Shown: positions 1 through 14,100 of the stretch, in pieces
Position numbering within the stretch: position 1 is the first letter of the stretch
Layout of the letters: the number at the start of each line of letters is the position of its first letter
DNA from: Octopus vulgaris
Taxonomy: Eukaryota
Assembly: GCA_951406725.2 (NCBI GenBank)
Contig: OX597823.1
Coordinates: 16,306,001 to 16,370,000 of the forward strand
Direction of reading: 5' to 3'
DNA length: 64,000 bases
Notes under the pieces: generated by a model
The model's input: only the letters and a program-made list of their open reading frames with translations
Database searches by the model: none
Told to the model about the DNA's origin: nothing
Made by a program: the position numbers and the translations under genes

Positions 1-684
1 TGATGATGTACATAGTGTACTGGGTGATGAAAAAACTACCAGTGAATACTTTGTATAATGAGTAAACTGGGCATAGAACAACTAGGTTACTAAATGAAAT
101 ATCTACAAGTTAACACTCTGGACTGATATTGATGGTTGGTTTGAGGGTTCAAATTTAGTTCATATATCGTTCTGACTCAAGATAGGAACAACGTTTTTGC
201 TTCACCCAGCTGTTACTGTAAAGGTACCAGGTTTGTTATTCAAAAAAGAAACAAAACTTTGTTTCACTCACCAACCTTCACCTTCTTTCTGCTTAACATA
301 AAGTGTAACCAAGTATCACTTTTTCCTATTTGTGTAATTTATATTTGTAAATTACTTGTGTCCAGAAATTACCTTCACATACACCCAAACATACATAGAT
401 GGTAACAATCAGATGAAAGAGCACTCACTACCAAACGAGTGTAAACAATTTATTTGGTCGGTCCTAACTGAAACCCTAGGCTTCACCAAATATGTTATTT
501 ATTTAAATATGTTAATGAAAACTACTTGAAATTCAGCTACCTATGGTTTCCTAGAGAAAATATTAAATTTATTTCACTATTTTTCAAGCTGGTTATGTCA
601 ACAGTGGATTAACAGCTCAAGTTGTAAAATGAGAGCAATCAAAGGGAGATAATTCTCTGACCAGCAAAATAGAACCAGGCTCTT

Positions 685-1365
685 AAATAATAATAATAAT
701 AATGAAATTATTGTATACAGTGCTCAGGTGTACCACAACTTGTCAGAAAGTGCATATAAAGTACATGCAGTAGTGTAGAAATGTCTGGGTGTATGGAGGG
801 GAGAAAATCAAGTGTAGTGTTGGCGAATCTCAGGAAGCATGGAAGTCTTGAAGGAAGCAGTGCTCCGACAACTAACAACCGATGTCGGCAGTTTGTTCCA
901 CACTTCAGCAACTCTCAGCGTGAAAAAATGTTTCCTGAAGTCATGGGAGCTGTGCTGTTTTCTTACTTTGTAAATATGTCCACGGGTGTTAGATGGGTGG
1001 AGTTTGAAGAGGTGCTCAGAGTTATTGTTTGTGCGATGGTTGATAATTTTATGGGTGTCTGCCAAGTCAGCTGCCAGACGTCGGAGTTTCAATGTGTCCA
1101 TGCCCAGGGAAGTAAGGTGTTCAGGATATGGCAAATGCATGATCGAGGGTATTCTTTTGGTTGCACATCGCTGAACAGCTTCCAGACGATTGATGTCCTG
1201 GGCAAGATAGGGGTTCCAGACCGGTGATGCAAATTCCAGGTGAGGTCTTACCATAGCTATATAAAGCCGCAGATAGATAGCCGGAGAGCGGCTCACAAAG
1301 GATTTGGTGAGTGATGCCAAGACACCCTCAGCCTTCTTGACAATTTTAGCGATGTGTTTTGTCCA
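685..1365 (-). mobile_element. 5'-truncated CR1/L2-type LINE (end of ORF2, 3' UTR, (TTA)n tail)
   Basis: ORF 808-1320 reads LYIAMVRPHLEFASPVWNPY...LEAVQRCATK...NTRGH...FFTLRVAEVWNKLP, typical of the CR1-clade RT C-terminus. Tail is (AAT)n on the + strand. Confidence 0.9.
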
Positions 1366-1519
1366 GGAGTGAAAGTTTTATAAACCAAGATGAAAAAGCA
1401 CAAAGGAAAAACAAACAGTGGGGAAGTTATTGGAATAATGTCAAGGAAAGCCTGGGTAGCTGAATTACACACGTCTTTTGTGTAGTTTTTAATAATATCT
1501 TGCTGAACTGATCAATAAT

Positions 1520-1910
1520 TACTCTTTTACTTGTTTCAGTCATTTGACTGCAGCCATGCTGGAGCACCGCCTTTAATCGAGCAACTTGACCCCAGGACTT
1601 ATTCTTTTGTAAGCCCAGTACTTATTCTATCGGTCTCTTTTGCCGAACCGCTAAGTAACGGGGACATAAACACACCAGCATTGGTTGTCAAGCAATGCTA
1701 GGATGACAGACACACACACATGCATATATATATATATACATATATACGACGGGCTTCTTTCAGTTTCCGTCTACCAAATCCACTCACAAGGATTTGGTCG
1801 GCTGAGGCTATAGTAGAAGACACTTACCCAAGATGCCATGCAGTGGGACTGAACCCGGAACCATGTGGTTGGTAAACCAGCTACTTACCACACAGCCACT
1901 CCTGCGCCTA
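1520..1910 (-). mobile_element. tRNA-derived SINE, family A (internal TA/CA microsatellite, AAAAGAGT tail)
   Basis: Head aggcgcaggagTGGCTGTGTGG (A box) ... GGTTCAGTCC (B box). More than 12 homologous copies in the window. Confidence 0.88.
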
Positions 1911-2334
1911 ATTGTTGAACATCATTCCACATGTTTTGAGGTATTTATTGTAGCTCTTTCCATTCTGATGGCAATAACACTGATGCCAGTCTTAATTGCC
2001 CCTTGTCTTCTATTTGGTTAACTTTGATGCTGAGAGGGGCAACTGCCTGCATAGGAAACTACAGATGTTTCATTAAAAAAAAAAAATATCCAGTCTAGGT
2101 CTGTTTCATGGAGGCACTTTTCATATTCAGCTCCACAAAGACATACAGTGGCCCCAGATTTAATAACATGCTTGAGATGAGTTAGCCTCTTCTCTATTAG
2201 ACACTGTGGTATGAGAAGGATGTAGAGCATACAAATATTTGAAGAAAATATCTTTCATACATACAGCCATTCATGGTAAATACGTGTAAGTGAATTTAGT
2301 GCTTTGTGCTAATTTGAGATAACTGCAATTCTTA

Positions 2335-2556
2335 TTTCTTTATTGCCCACAAGGAGCTAAACATAGAGGGGACAGACAAAGGAATTAAGTCAATTACATC
2401 GACCCCAGTGTGTAACTGGTACTTAATTTATCGACCCCAAAAGGATGAAAAGTAAAGTCGACCTTGGTGGAATTTGAACTCAGAAAGTAACGGTAGATGA
2501 AATATCGCTAAGCATTCTTGCCCGGTGTGCTAACATTTCTGCCAGCTCTCCGCCTT
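2335..2556 (-). mobile_element. SINE family B (tRNA-like head plus conserved central domain)
   Basis: Sense reads gagctggcagaa...gagttcaaattcc...GTCGACTTT.CTTTTCATCCTTTTGGGGTCGATAAATTAAGTACCAG. From memory this resembles a widely shared metazoan SINE central domain. Further copies near 5078-5535, 7000-7100, 11170-11350, 16280-16375, 21685-21845, 32005-32190, 35870-36085 and 54098-54230. Confidence 0.75.
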
Positions 2557-3254
2557 TCAACAGTGCAATTCTGTTGAAGAACTGCGACACAAATGGTTGA
2601 TTTATCTGAAAACAGGCACCACAAAGAAGCAACAAGTCAATTTTCCAAACTGTTACACAAGAGGCTGTGCAGAATTAACTCCTTTGTGGACAGTTACACC
2701 ATGAATTTAGCCTCAACAAACAGTAAAGAAATAAATGGTCATACTTGGATTAAATTTGTTTTATGCTGTTATTTAATTTCCTATAAAACAATTTCGTATT
2801 CAGAACATGTCCAGAAATTTTGTGTAGAGATAACCAATTATTTTATCAGTCCAGTTAGGATGAAAGGCAAAATAACATTTAAATTCGGAAGGCATTTTGC
2901 TCAACATGCTGATTCTGCCTATCGAATTTCCTGATAGATATTATAGACACAATGATACAAATTTGTACACAGCAAAGAGTTAATTCAGTTGGTAATAATG
3001 TCACCAGAATTGGAAGGATGTTGACTTCTACAATTGAACTTGCGACATAACTAAACACCAGCAAGGCATTTTATCTCATGTACAACAGGTTCAACCAAAT
3101 CACTACTGCCCTAATGATAAGAGCCTCATCTTGAGAGTGGGGAACTGCATCAGTTAATTTTGAAAATAAAGAATTTAGTAAGATAACGTGGTCGTTATTT
3201 AAAATGGTGTTTGAAAGACACTCCTTATATAATTTTAAAGTAAATATGAATATA

Positions 3255-3616
3255 AGGTGTAGGAGTGGCTGTGTGGTAAGTAGCTTGCTTGCGAACTACA
3301 TGGTTCTGGGTTCAGTCCCATTGCGTGGCACCTTGGGCAAGTATCTTCTTGTGAGTGGATTTGGTTGATGGAAACTGAAAGAAGCCCATCGTATGTATGT
3401 ATATAAATATATATATATGTGAGTATGTATGTTTGTGTGTCTGTGTTTGTACCCCCAACATCAGTTGACAACTGATGCTGGTGTGTTTATGTCCCCGTAA
3501 CTTAGCGGTTCACAAGTACTAGGCTTACAAAGAATAAGTCCTGAGGTCAATTTGCTCGGCTGAAAGCGCTGCTCCAGCATGGCCACAGTCAAATGACTGA
3601 AACAAGTAAAAGAGTA
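3255..3616 (+). mobile_element. SINE family A
   Basis: Same head, body and tail as 1520-1910, with a small internal deletion. Confidence 0.85.
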
Positions 3617-3976
3617 TATGGTGCAGAGATGCTAAACTACATATAAACTACTAATATGGTATAGATTGGGGGTCGATATCGATCCAAGGGTGAATGAGAC
3701 TATTGAAGGGGTTGATAAATGCCTGAAACTGCACATCTACTTAATTATTATTTATTTTCTTGTACGTGCCTGGCGGTCGATGAGGTGTCAGTGATCTAAA
3801 AAGTTTGGGAACCTCTGGTAGAGATGCAGTAAAACCATAAATAATATCGTGATAATCCATAATAGTCATTCAAGTGTTGCTTCCAATAAAAAAGTTAGCT
3901 AGAAAAACATGAGCAAGCTAATGATTCCCGGATGCAATAACGTACAAAATAAAATTTTCTTTAAAGTTCATTAAAT

Positions 3977-4716
3977 AGGTGTAGGAGTGACTCTGTGGTA
4001 AGTAGCTTGCTTATGAACCACATGGTTCTGGGTTCAGTCCCACTGCGTAGCACCTTGGGCAAGTGTCTTCTGCTATAGCCTCGGGCCAACCAAAGCCTTG
4101 TGAGTGGATTTAGTAGATGGAAACTGAAAGAAGCCCGTTGTGTATATATATGTATGTATGTGTGTGTGTTTGTGTGTCTGTGTTTGTTCCCCCAACATCA
4201 CTTGACAACCGATGCTGGTGTATTTACATCCCCGTAACTTAGCGGTTCGGCAAAGAGACCAATGGAATAAGTACTGGGCTTACTAAGAATAAGTCTTAAA
4301 TAATAATAATAATAATAATTGTGTATAGTGCTCAGGTGCACTACAACTCATCTAAAGTGTATATATAATCAGGTGTAGTTTCGGCGGATTTCGGAAAGCA
4401 TGAGGGCCTTAAAAGATGCAGTGTCATGGCAGTCAACAACTGACGCAGGCAGTTTATTCCATGCTTCAGCAACTCTGAGCGTGAAAAAATGTTTCCGAAA
4501 GTCATGGGAGCTGTATTGTTTTCTGACTTTGTAGGCATGTCCACGTGTGTTAGACACATGGAGATCAAAAAGGTGTTCAGTGTTGTTGTTGGTGAGGTGG
4601 TTGATAACTTTGTGGGTCAGTTTGTGGGTCTTGCAGTCAGTTTGCTCGATTAAAGGCGGTGCTCCAGCATGGCCTCAGTCAAATGACTAAAACAAGTAAA
4701 AGAGAGTAAAAGAGAG
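3977..4716 (+). mobile_element. SINE family A interrupted by a CR1 fragment
   Basis: Head at 3977. The body resumes near 4630 (tttgctcgattaaaggcggtgctccagcatgg). Confidence 0.85.
4297..4616 (-). mobile_element. CR1-type LINE 3' fragment nested inside a SINE
   Basis: ORF 4369-4557 (SNTRGHAYKVRKQ...AWNKLP) is homologous to 808-1320. It interrupts the SINE at 3977-4716. Confidence 0.88.
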
Positions 4717-5077
4717 CTGAAAATTAAAATTGCCAAAATGACAAAAGCCAACACATTTTTCTTTTTGATATAGTTAATTATTTTTTTTCAAATTTTATTT
4801 ACATTTTTTTGGTAAAATATATAATTAACAATTTAGTACAGAAGATATATACATTTAAAAAAGAGTGATAAGAAAAAGCAACATTTACATATGTAGTTGA
4901 GAACAGTAGCTGAGATCAATAATGGTTCAAATATCTTTCTTAACAAAAAAAAAAGTGGGGGGAATTTTGAATGAAATCCCTTCTTGCTTTAGTTTGGAGC
5001 TGAATTAGGATTTCATTATGTAAAATGAATGGGAAGAACATTGTGGAAAAAATTTGAAAAAAAAAAAAAAAAAAAAA

Positions 5078-5535
5078 GTTTCTAACTTAGGAACAAGGCC
5101 AGCAATTTTGAGGGGAGGGGGTAATTGATTAAATCATTCCCAGTACTTGACTGGTACTATATTTTATCAACTCCAGAAGAGTGAAAGGCAAAGTTGACTT
5201 CACCAGGATTTGAACTCAGAACGTAAAGAGACAGAACAAAGATAGCAAGGCAATTTCTCCAATGCTCTATCAATTCTGCCACTCCACCACCACCACTACC
5301 ACTAATAATAATAATAACAATAATTATAATCCTTTCTAGGCCTGAAATTTGGCGGAGGGCGTTAGTCGATTTCATTGACCTCAGTGCATAACTGGTACTT
5401 ATTTTATCAACCCCTGAAAGGATGAAAGGCAAAGTCAACCTCAGCAGAATTTGAACTCAGAACATAGCAACAGGTGAAATACCATTGTTAAGCATTTCAT
5501 CCAGCGTGCTAAAGATTCTGCCAGCTCACCTCTTT
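5078..5535 (-). mobile_element. Two tandem SINE family B copies
   Basis: Two successive ...ctggtact.attttatcaac.cc.gaa...gaaaggcaaagt...atttgaactcagaac units. Confidence 0.75.
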
Positions 5536-5707
5536 AATAATAATAATAATAATTCTTTCTAATTTTGGCACAAAGCAAGTAATTTTGAGAGTAGAAGTTA
5601 TTCTTTTGTAAAAGAAGTTCTTCCAAAACATTCCAATATTACCTATAAGTTTTGTTTGCCTGCCTTGTTGTAACAATCCTTCGTTAAAATCTCATAACTG
5701 GCAAGCA

Positions 5708-5850
5708 TTTGTTGTGTAATGAGCACAGATGTGATATCATTTGTTGTGCAGTGAACACAAGTGTGATATCTTTTGCTGTACAGTGTGCACAGCTGTGATA
5801 TGTGTTGCTATGCAGTAAGCATAGATGTGACATCTTTTGTTGTGCAGTAA
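5708..5850. repeat. 32-bp degenerate minisatellite, about 4.5 units
   Basis: Unit approximately tttgttgtgcagtgagcacagatgtgatatct. Confidence 0.8.
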
Positions 5851-5977
5851 ATAAATATATATGTTATGATATCTACAAATATATCATGAATTTTATTTGC
5901 TGCTATAATCACCAAAAATATAGAATTATTTTTATGGAAGACATAGGTGAATTATTGAAAAGTAGAGCTTAAAAAAG

Positions 5978-6288
5978 TGGCACGTAAAAAGCACCATCCG
6001 ATTGTGGCCGTTGCCAGCCTCGCCTGGCCCCCGTGCCGATGGCACGTAAAAAGCACCATCCGTCCATGGCCGTCTGCCAGCTCCGTCTGGCACCTGTGCG
6101 GGTGGCACGTAAAAAGCACCCACTACACTCACGGAGTGGTTGGCGTTAGGAAGGGCATCCAGCCGTAGAAACACTGCCAGATCAGACTGGGCCTGATGCA
6201 GCCTTCTGGCTTCACAGACCCCAGTTGAACCGTCCAACCCATGCTAGCATGGAAAGTGGACGCTAAATGATGATGATGATGATGATGA
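5978..6288 (+). mobile_element. Retroposon family C with internal ~64-bp units and (GAT)n tail
   Basis: ggcacgtaaaaagcacc units followed by gagtggttggcgttaggaagggcatccagc...cccatgctagcatggaaagtggacgctaaatgatgatg. Other copies near 6630-6740, 21145-21270, 21885-22030, 29990-30200, 38460-38640, 54333-54570 and 57255-57620. Confidence 0.78.
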
Positions 6289-7265
6289 TTATTATAGATA
6301 AAGAAAGAAGAAAACTGTATGCGACATCGCAGTTGAATAATAAAGAAATATGGTAAAGAAGAAGTGTTTGTTAAAGATAATTTAAAACTTAGTTAAAGGC
6401 TTTATAGAACTGTATCAAAATTGTTTCTTGTTGCATTGATATGATTTTTCATGTTTAAAATTAAGAACATACATATGTACAAGTAACTGTAGATTGCCCA
6501 TCCATTCTGTTCATTCAATTTTTCACATATATTTCACAATTATAACATACAGTCCTTGACAATCTGTTAACTGAAGAAAAACAAAACATTTTACATACAT
6601 ATATGTGAGTGTGTGTTTGTACCAACATCTTCATCATTATCATCATTTAACATCTATTGTCCATGCTGGCATGGGTTGGACAGTTTGACCAGGGTTGGTA
6701 AGCTGAGGTGCTACACCAGACTCCAGTCTGATTTGGCATGTGTGTGTGTGTGTATGTATGTATATATATATATATATAAATATATATATATATGCATGAA
6801 CAAATGCACATACATATATATACACACAGCCACATAAATATGACATTTACAGTAATATATTATAAAACAGATATACAAAATTATTAAGAAAAACATTATG
6901 ATATGAATGGAGAATTATGGTATAAATTAAAAAAAAAGGTAAATTGATATTTTTTTGTAGGTAAGAGGAGGATACAGGTAGGAGCATTATTCATACATAT
7001 TTTATTGACTTACCCTCAAGAGGATAAAATTTTTAAATGAACTCAGCAGGATTTGAACTCAGAACATTGAGAGAGGAAACTAAATGACCAAATATTAGTC
7101 CAGCTCTCCACTGTCTCAACCACCTCTACATAATTTAAAGTAATAATTTGCTGTCTACTCTAAATATTCAGCTAATTATTATCATTGTTATTATTGTTGT
7201 AAGTCTTAAGAAAAATTTTATAATAAATTTCTCTTGACAATTATGTACACAGATGAGATAAACTC

Positions 7266-7299
<34 letters not shown>

Positions 7300-7525
7300 G
7301 TGGTTTACTGAAATCACAGACGGGATATCTTTTTTTTTTTTTTTTTTGCAAGATTATTTTGTTAGATCTTTTAAATTTTTTTAGCAACAACAAAACAAAT
7401 TTTAAAAATAACAGAAACAAATCAAAGAGAAGGGGTGGGTGTATAAAAAAAAAATAAAAAATAAAAAATGAGAGATTTGCTAAGTTTATCTGGAAATCAT
7501 CACTACTACCACCACCACCACCACC

Positions 7526-7559
<34 letters not shown>

Positions 7560-8097
7560 TCACCACCATTATCATTTATGTCAATATTTCCGTTCACCAT
7601 GAAATACAGAGTTTACCTCTTTAGTTACACACTCAATATTTGGAAGAGCAAATCATTGTTGTTATTTTAATAATATTGTACGATCAGGTAAGCCGTGATT
7701 GAACAGACCTCTGATCAAAGGCATATATATGTATGTGTATACGAGTCTTGTGCCAACCTGAGGCTACGTGTATATATATTTGTGTATGTATGTGTATGCG
7801 TACATGTATACATTTATTTGAAGCTGATGATTTATTTCATCGGTGCTCAGGGACCCTCATTTAAAGCAATTCTTTTGTGACCCAAATACTTAAGGCTGAA
7901 CAAATAAATAAATTCCACTACATGTATTGAGTACTATATTGCACATCTATACATCCACACACACATTAATATTACACACACACACACACACATACGTGTA
8001 TGTGTGTGAGAGTGCATGCTTAACAATATTTGTATGTATGTATGTATGTATCTATCAATCTATCTATGTTTTAAGGAATAAGAATAGTAAATGCATT

Positions 8098-8410
8098 TGT
8101 CTACATAGGCAGAGGTATTGTTTTCAGTCATATTTGTTTGTTTGTCTGTGGACAAGATATCCCAAGAACCACTGGATGGATTCGGATGAAACTTCCAGGG
8201 ATGTTTGGCCTCGTGACTGGCACGAACTGATTAGATTTTGGGATCGATCCAGTACTGGACAAGGATTCTGGATTATTTTTCTTGTTTTCTTAATTAATTT
8301 TTGAGAGCAGTCAGGTTCATTTCAGATTTTAAAAAATCATCTCTGGCTAATCATTGATAGGACATTGGTGTTGCCTTGATGGAGGTTTGCACTCTCTGAG
8401 TCCTCTTGTT
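8098..8410 (+). mobile_element. Helentron-associated / DINE-1-like non-autonomous element
   Basis: gaggtattgttttc, a (tgtt/tgtc)n tract, ggatggattcggatgaaactt, gattagattttggg and a 3' ccttgatggaggtttgcactctctgagtcc hairpin end. Confidence 0.6.
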
Positions 8411-8883
8411 TGTAAATTACATACACTACTGTTGGTATGTTTCATAACAATGATAATGTTGCTTGCCTACCGTCTTTCGCTCTCTCATACACACACATAC
8501 ACACATGCTCATGTGCATGCACACATACATTTACACACATTCTGAAGTACAGTACTGAAGGGGTAAGACTTAATGAAGAAATAGGCAGGGTGGGAGTTGC
8601 AAATAAATTTTTTTTTAATTGTTAGTCATGAATATAGCTAAGTTTTACTGAAAATGCGTGTGTGTGAATTTTTCTGACCAATACTCATGCATATAACAGT
8701 TAATATCATATACATAAATGTGTGTATACATAAATCTGAGTGTGTATGTGTGAATATTATATATGTATGCATGCATGCATGTATGTATGTATACATATGT
8801 GAAATTCCATTTATGCCTAAAATAGCTGCTTATAAAGGTTAATATCATATGCATAACTGTATGTATACATAAATGTGTGTGTG

Positions 8884-8940
<57 letters not shown>

Positions 8941-10497
8941 AAGTAGGAGAAGCAGAAGGCAGCTGAGGAACAAATAATCACAAATAATTGATGGTGAAAA
9001 ACATTAGTAGGTAGTAGTGTTTTACTATGATATTTAGAGGTCAAGGTAGATAATGAGATTTCCAACTCCTACCACCACCAGGACGGCTATTAGCTTTCAG
9101 CACGAAACTACCATAATCACCATCACTATTATAACAATAACAACAACCAGAACTACCAACACTATTATCATGGTATGTGGAGGTATGTATTCAAGTGGTT
9201 AGGGTGTTGGACTTGTAATCATAAGGCCATGGTTTCAATTCCCAGGCTGGGAAGTAAATTGTTGCTCCTATCCACTCAGCTGAGAATGAGCCCCAGCAAC
9301 AGCTGGGGAGTAAACTTTGCAAGGGATTGATATCCTTTTCAATGGGGCAGTATTGTATTCTTAGTTGCTTACATACCAGAATAAGCTGTGGCCCCTTGAA
9401 CCTATAGAACTCGTGACAGACATGAGACTACAAGTTTCCATAACCACAACAGTTACTTCAAAAGTGGCAATGAGTGTCCCTATAATATCACAATTAGCAT
9501 GGCAATTAAGATCATTATTAGAACAATAACAACCATCATCACATCACTAACCACAACAAACTCTTGGCAGAATGTCAAACCAAATCAGGAAATCTTGAGC
9601 TAATAAGGGAACCACCCCTACACAGTTGCTTGACCTGATAATATTAGCAGCCAAGTCTCCCTCAAATCACATCCTAGCATCTTAAAAAGACAGGATGATC
9701 ACTGGGGCTGGCATGGAGTCAAACAACAACAATCATAGTCATCATTATAGCCTCAACAATAATCACAACAAACATTGCAGAGCTATTGAATTATAACATG
9801 AATTATGAGTGTTATTACTAAAACTTGAATATTTATGACTTAAGATTTCATGTTATGATGTGAGAATTGTTATTAAGAAGATATTCACTTATGATGATGA
9901 GGTCTGATAATACTATCCCTCCACCCACCCAAATTATGATATCTATGCTGTAAGATAACCAAGTTATGACTAATGAACTTGCTTGTTAACACCTTAATTT
10001 ATGATGTTTGAATAACAGTTATGATGGCTGGAGTTGTCACTGTTATGACTAAAATAGTTCAGTTATGACATCTTAAGTTGTTATTACTAATGATGTCTGA
10101 ACTGCTGTGACTAAGTTATGATGTCTGCCTGCTTGGCCAGTTATTTCCAATGACATCATCAAGTTTATAACAAATGGACTGTGATTATAATGTTATTTAT
10201 TAAGTTATAATGGATATAGACTCATAAAATATGTGTGTAATTATAAAAAAATGATTATAGCTCCTTGCCTCACCAGTGCTACGACGGTTGTAAACAGATG
10301 GAATTGGTGTCAGCGCCAGGAAAGTGCCATGACTAGAAACTACTTTTAACAATTAAATCTGTCTGATAGCCTTGAGGATAGTCTTGCATGTGTGTGTGTA
10401 AGAGAGAAAAATGAACATACACATACATACATACAAATAAATAAATACGGTGTTATACAAATAAACACACATACAGAAGCACACACACACACACACA

Positions 10498-10552
<55 letters not shown>

Positions 10553-11085
10553 TATACACACATAAATAAATTCAGGGACATACAAACATAGAAACACAAT
10601 GTTTTAATGTCAAGATTAATGAGCCATATAATTATTAGCAATAAATAAAAACACTAAACTTTTAAATAAATGCCATTTCTAATGTTTAGCTTTAGGTGTC
10701 TTGCTTGTTAGTTTGTTTCTCATTTTATATGGTTTTAAAAATAAGTGTAAAATTCTGTTAATTAAGCATTGATTATGCACACACACATACACATTTACAT
10801 GTATATTCACACATATTAGCACATACATATACACACACATGCACAGGCATAGAAACACGTGCATATACATGCACAAATATTTACATATATACGCACACAT
10901 GTAATAAATACATACATATACTGAACACTACACATGATGATGTAAAAGGGTAAGTATTCACTGTAATGAGTTTCTATGGCGAGGAAATGAAGGTGGAGCC
11001 AAGCACACGATATGAAGAATTAAGATTCAACATTGTTGAATCTACACCCACTAACTTATGAAAGTTTAGAACATTCAGGAAATAC

Positions 11086-11125
<40 letters not shown>

Positions 11126-14100
11126 ATGATGATTTCCAAAAACAAAAACAAAAAAAAAAACAGTGCCATGAATTTTGTCAGGGTGGGGATGTCAGATAAA
11201 TTGACTCTCAGGTACTTCTTTTATCAACTTCTGTAAGAATGAAAGGCAAAACCAGCCCAGGTGGAATTTGAACTCAGAACATAAAAGGATGTAACTAAAT
11301 ACAAGGCATAGATTTAGACCACTGCTCTAACAAGCGTGCCAATCCCACTAACCCTGGCAGTGCTAAAAATAAAACTTTTGTTTTTCTTTTTTGTAAAGGT
11401 GACACACTTAGACAACTGGAAAAAGTAAATGAAGAATGATCAAGCAAAATGGAGATTTTGTTTGCTTTTTTTTTATAGATCAGGGTGGATTTTAAAAAAA
11501 ATACTGCATCAAATATTTTCCAGTAATGTCTGTTATTAAAAAAACACCCATAAAAACATAGAAAAAAAAGAAAAGAAAGAACCTTAGACTTTTTGCTACT
11601 CTTAGCTGTTCGTCATAATTCTTTCATTACTATGATTGATAAATTGATCGTCATAATTAATCCCTTCACAGCTACTAATTAATCCATTAGCACAAGGCCA
11701 TAAAAATAAATGTCAAAAAAATTTTTTACAGCAAAATCCAAGACTTAATTTTTATTTTTAAACATGTGTGTTTGTGTATGAATAATAATAATAAAAAAAA
11801 AAAAAAAAAGAAAACTATTAAAGTAAACCCTTTACATGTAGAATGATGCAGAATGTGCAATTAGGATTACTAGAAACAACAAACATACTCCCAGCAGATA
11901 TAAACTCATGAACTACCAGTTATTTTGTGTTCAAGAGTAATCCATTGTGCCTTACCATTCTTGTTGGTTAAAGTCTTAAGACAAAAGAAAAATTAGATTA
12001 AAAGCAAGCAGTAGCATTTATCCAGTATTTGAGCACTTTTGCGTCTTCATATTTAAATTAAAATCTTAGTTTAAATTCCATTAAAGTTACAATAATGATA
12101 TATAAGAGTTTTAATAGGTTAAACATTTGCCTCTTGTTTGTGTTCCAAATAACCAATAAATAAAGTTACATGTAGTTTTTGTATGCCCTTTAAAATTCTT
12201 CATTACTTTGAAAAGTCACTGAAAAACTAAAGTATTTGCTCAGCATCTTGGGCAGGTTTTTTTATTACTGTAGCCTTGAGTTGACATATCTCACAATTGG
12301 AATTTAGCAGCTGAATACTATGCAGAAACATTGAAGTGACAGAGGGAGAAAGAGAGAGAGAGAGAGGAAGAGCAAGAGAGAGAGAGAAATTACAACCATC
12401 CTATTTTGGAGAAACAAAAGGAACAACATAAACTTTTAATATACTACTGCTCTTTTATCTAACACAGCTACTACAGACACAGACATGCTAGACTGCAGCC
12501 AAAGAATGGCCATTAATTGATTGTCATTAAGTCACAAACTAATACACTCCAACCTCTGACCCACAGATATCTTCTCCCTCCGACTTTTCTATCACTATAA
12601 TTACAATAGCCTCTGCTTTCTCGGGCAGGCCAGTCTCAAACCACTTCCACTCAGGTACTTTTAATTTACTCATCTCTCCTCAGTTCATTCTCCTATATTA
12701 TGTCCACTTCCTCAAGTCCCCACATTAATCATTATGTCTAGTCCTTCCTCACCAGAATGTTGGTCCTCAGAAATTCCCTCCCTGCACATTTTTCCAGCAG
12801 CCAGTAACTTGCAAACTTGCAACAGTTCAAGCAAAATGTTAGCAACATCAATCTCACCGGTCTCAAATGGCCCATGAAGGCTGTGTGCAGCTCCTTCTTC
12901 TAAAAGATGGAGAGAGAGCATGATCCATGAGGGATTATAACAGCCTGTCTGGACTCCCAATCCCTTTGTGCAATAATCTACAAAGGTTACATCATACCAT
13001 TTTGCATCATCACTGGCCATCCAAAGACTACTAACACAATGAAATAAAAATAACCAAAATAAATTATTTTTAGGACACACAAGTGGCACACTTTGTTGCA
13101 GCAGCATACTCCAACACAATACAGCAACCACGCAATACTTGCTATTACAAAGAGCCAGACATCTGTAGTCCTGCTCTCAACCACTGCTGCCACTACTAAC
13201 ATTATCATCACACCATCCTTAAGAACACTGTCCTTTTGATATTAGAGATTATAAGCACCAATTTAAAACAGGAAAAAAAAAACAATAGGACAGTTGATGA
13301 TCTGATTCACTTCATATTCATGGATCTAACTATAAGTAGAATAGAAAAAATATCTCTGAAGTAGCTGAGATACTGTGGAAATAAAAGAATGGAGTCTCTG
13401 TTGATTTTTATGGCGAGCATCCTGCTGTTCAACCAGCTGAATTACCAATTCATTAAATTAATCTCTAAGTGGTTAAATTATTTCCCAAACACATGAACCC
13501 TTATTGTAATTATCATTTAGAATCAGTGTGACACAGCATGCCACAAAGCTGGACCCTTGATTTACAAGTGCAGTTACTATACAGTTTCCCTCTATATAAA
13601 TTCACTCAAAAGTTAGTTAGTTAGTTAGTTAATTTGTTGGCTCAAAAAGCAAAAAGCAAGGCCATGTAGGTATGGGTTCACTCGAAGCTATGGTATAAAA
13701 ACACTGGCTCAAGGTGCCATACATTGCGTTTAAACCAGGACTCCAACGGAATCTCATTATTATAGAGAAAACATCTTAACCACTCAGCCATGTTTATGGC
13801 TATAAGTAAATAAATTAGAACAGTATAAAACAACATTTATAGTATCAAATTCAAGAAGAGGGAATGACAGTTGCCCTGTAATATAATACAAGGTGGTTAT
13901 GGAACAAGTGACTGACATATGATCCATCCAAGTAGGCTTGCTGTTTTTTTCTGGTTCAAATTAGTGCTTATCATGTTTGATAATCATTCATGATATCTAT
14001 TATCTAATGTTTATGATACTATCATCAATGAATTCTTCTATATAAATTCATACAAAAGTTATATGAGTTGACTTGAAGCTATGGTATAAAAACACAGGCT

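Noticed and set aside
781-1227. 148-aa plus-strand ORF
   Set aside because: It is the antisense shadow of the CR1 ORF2 fragment.
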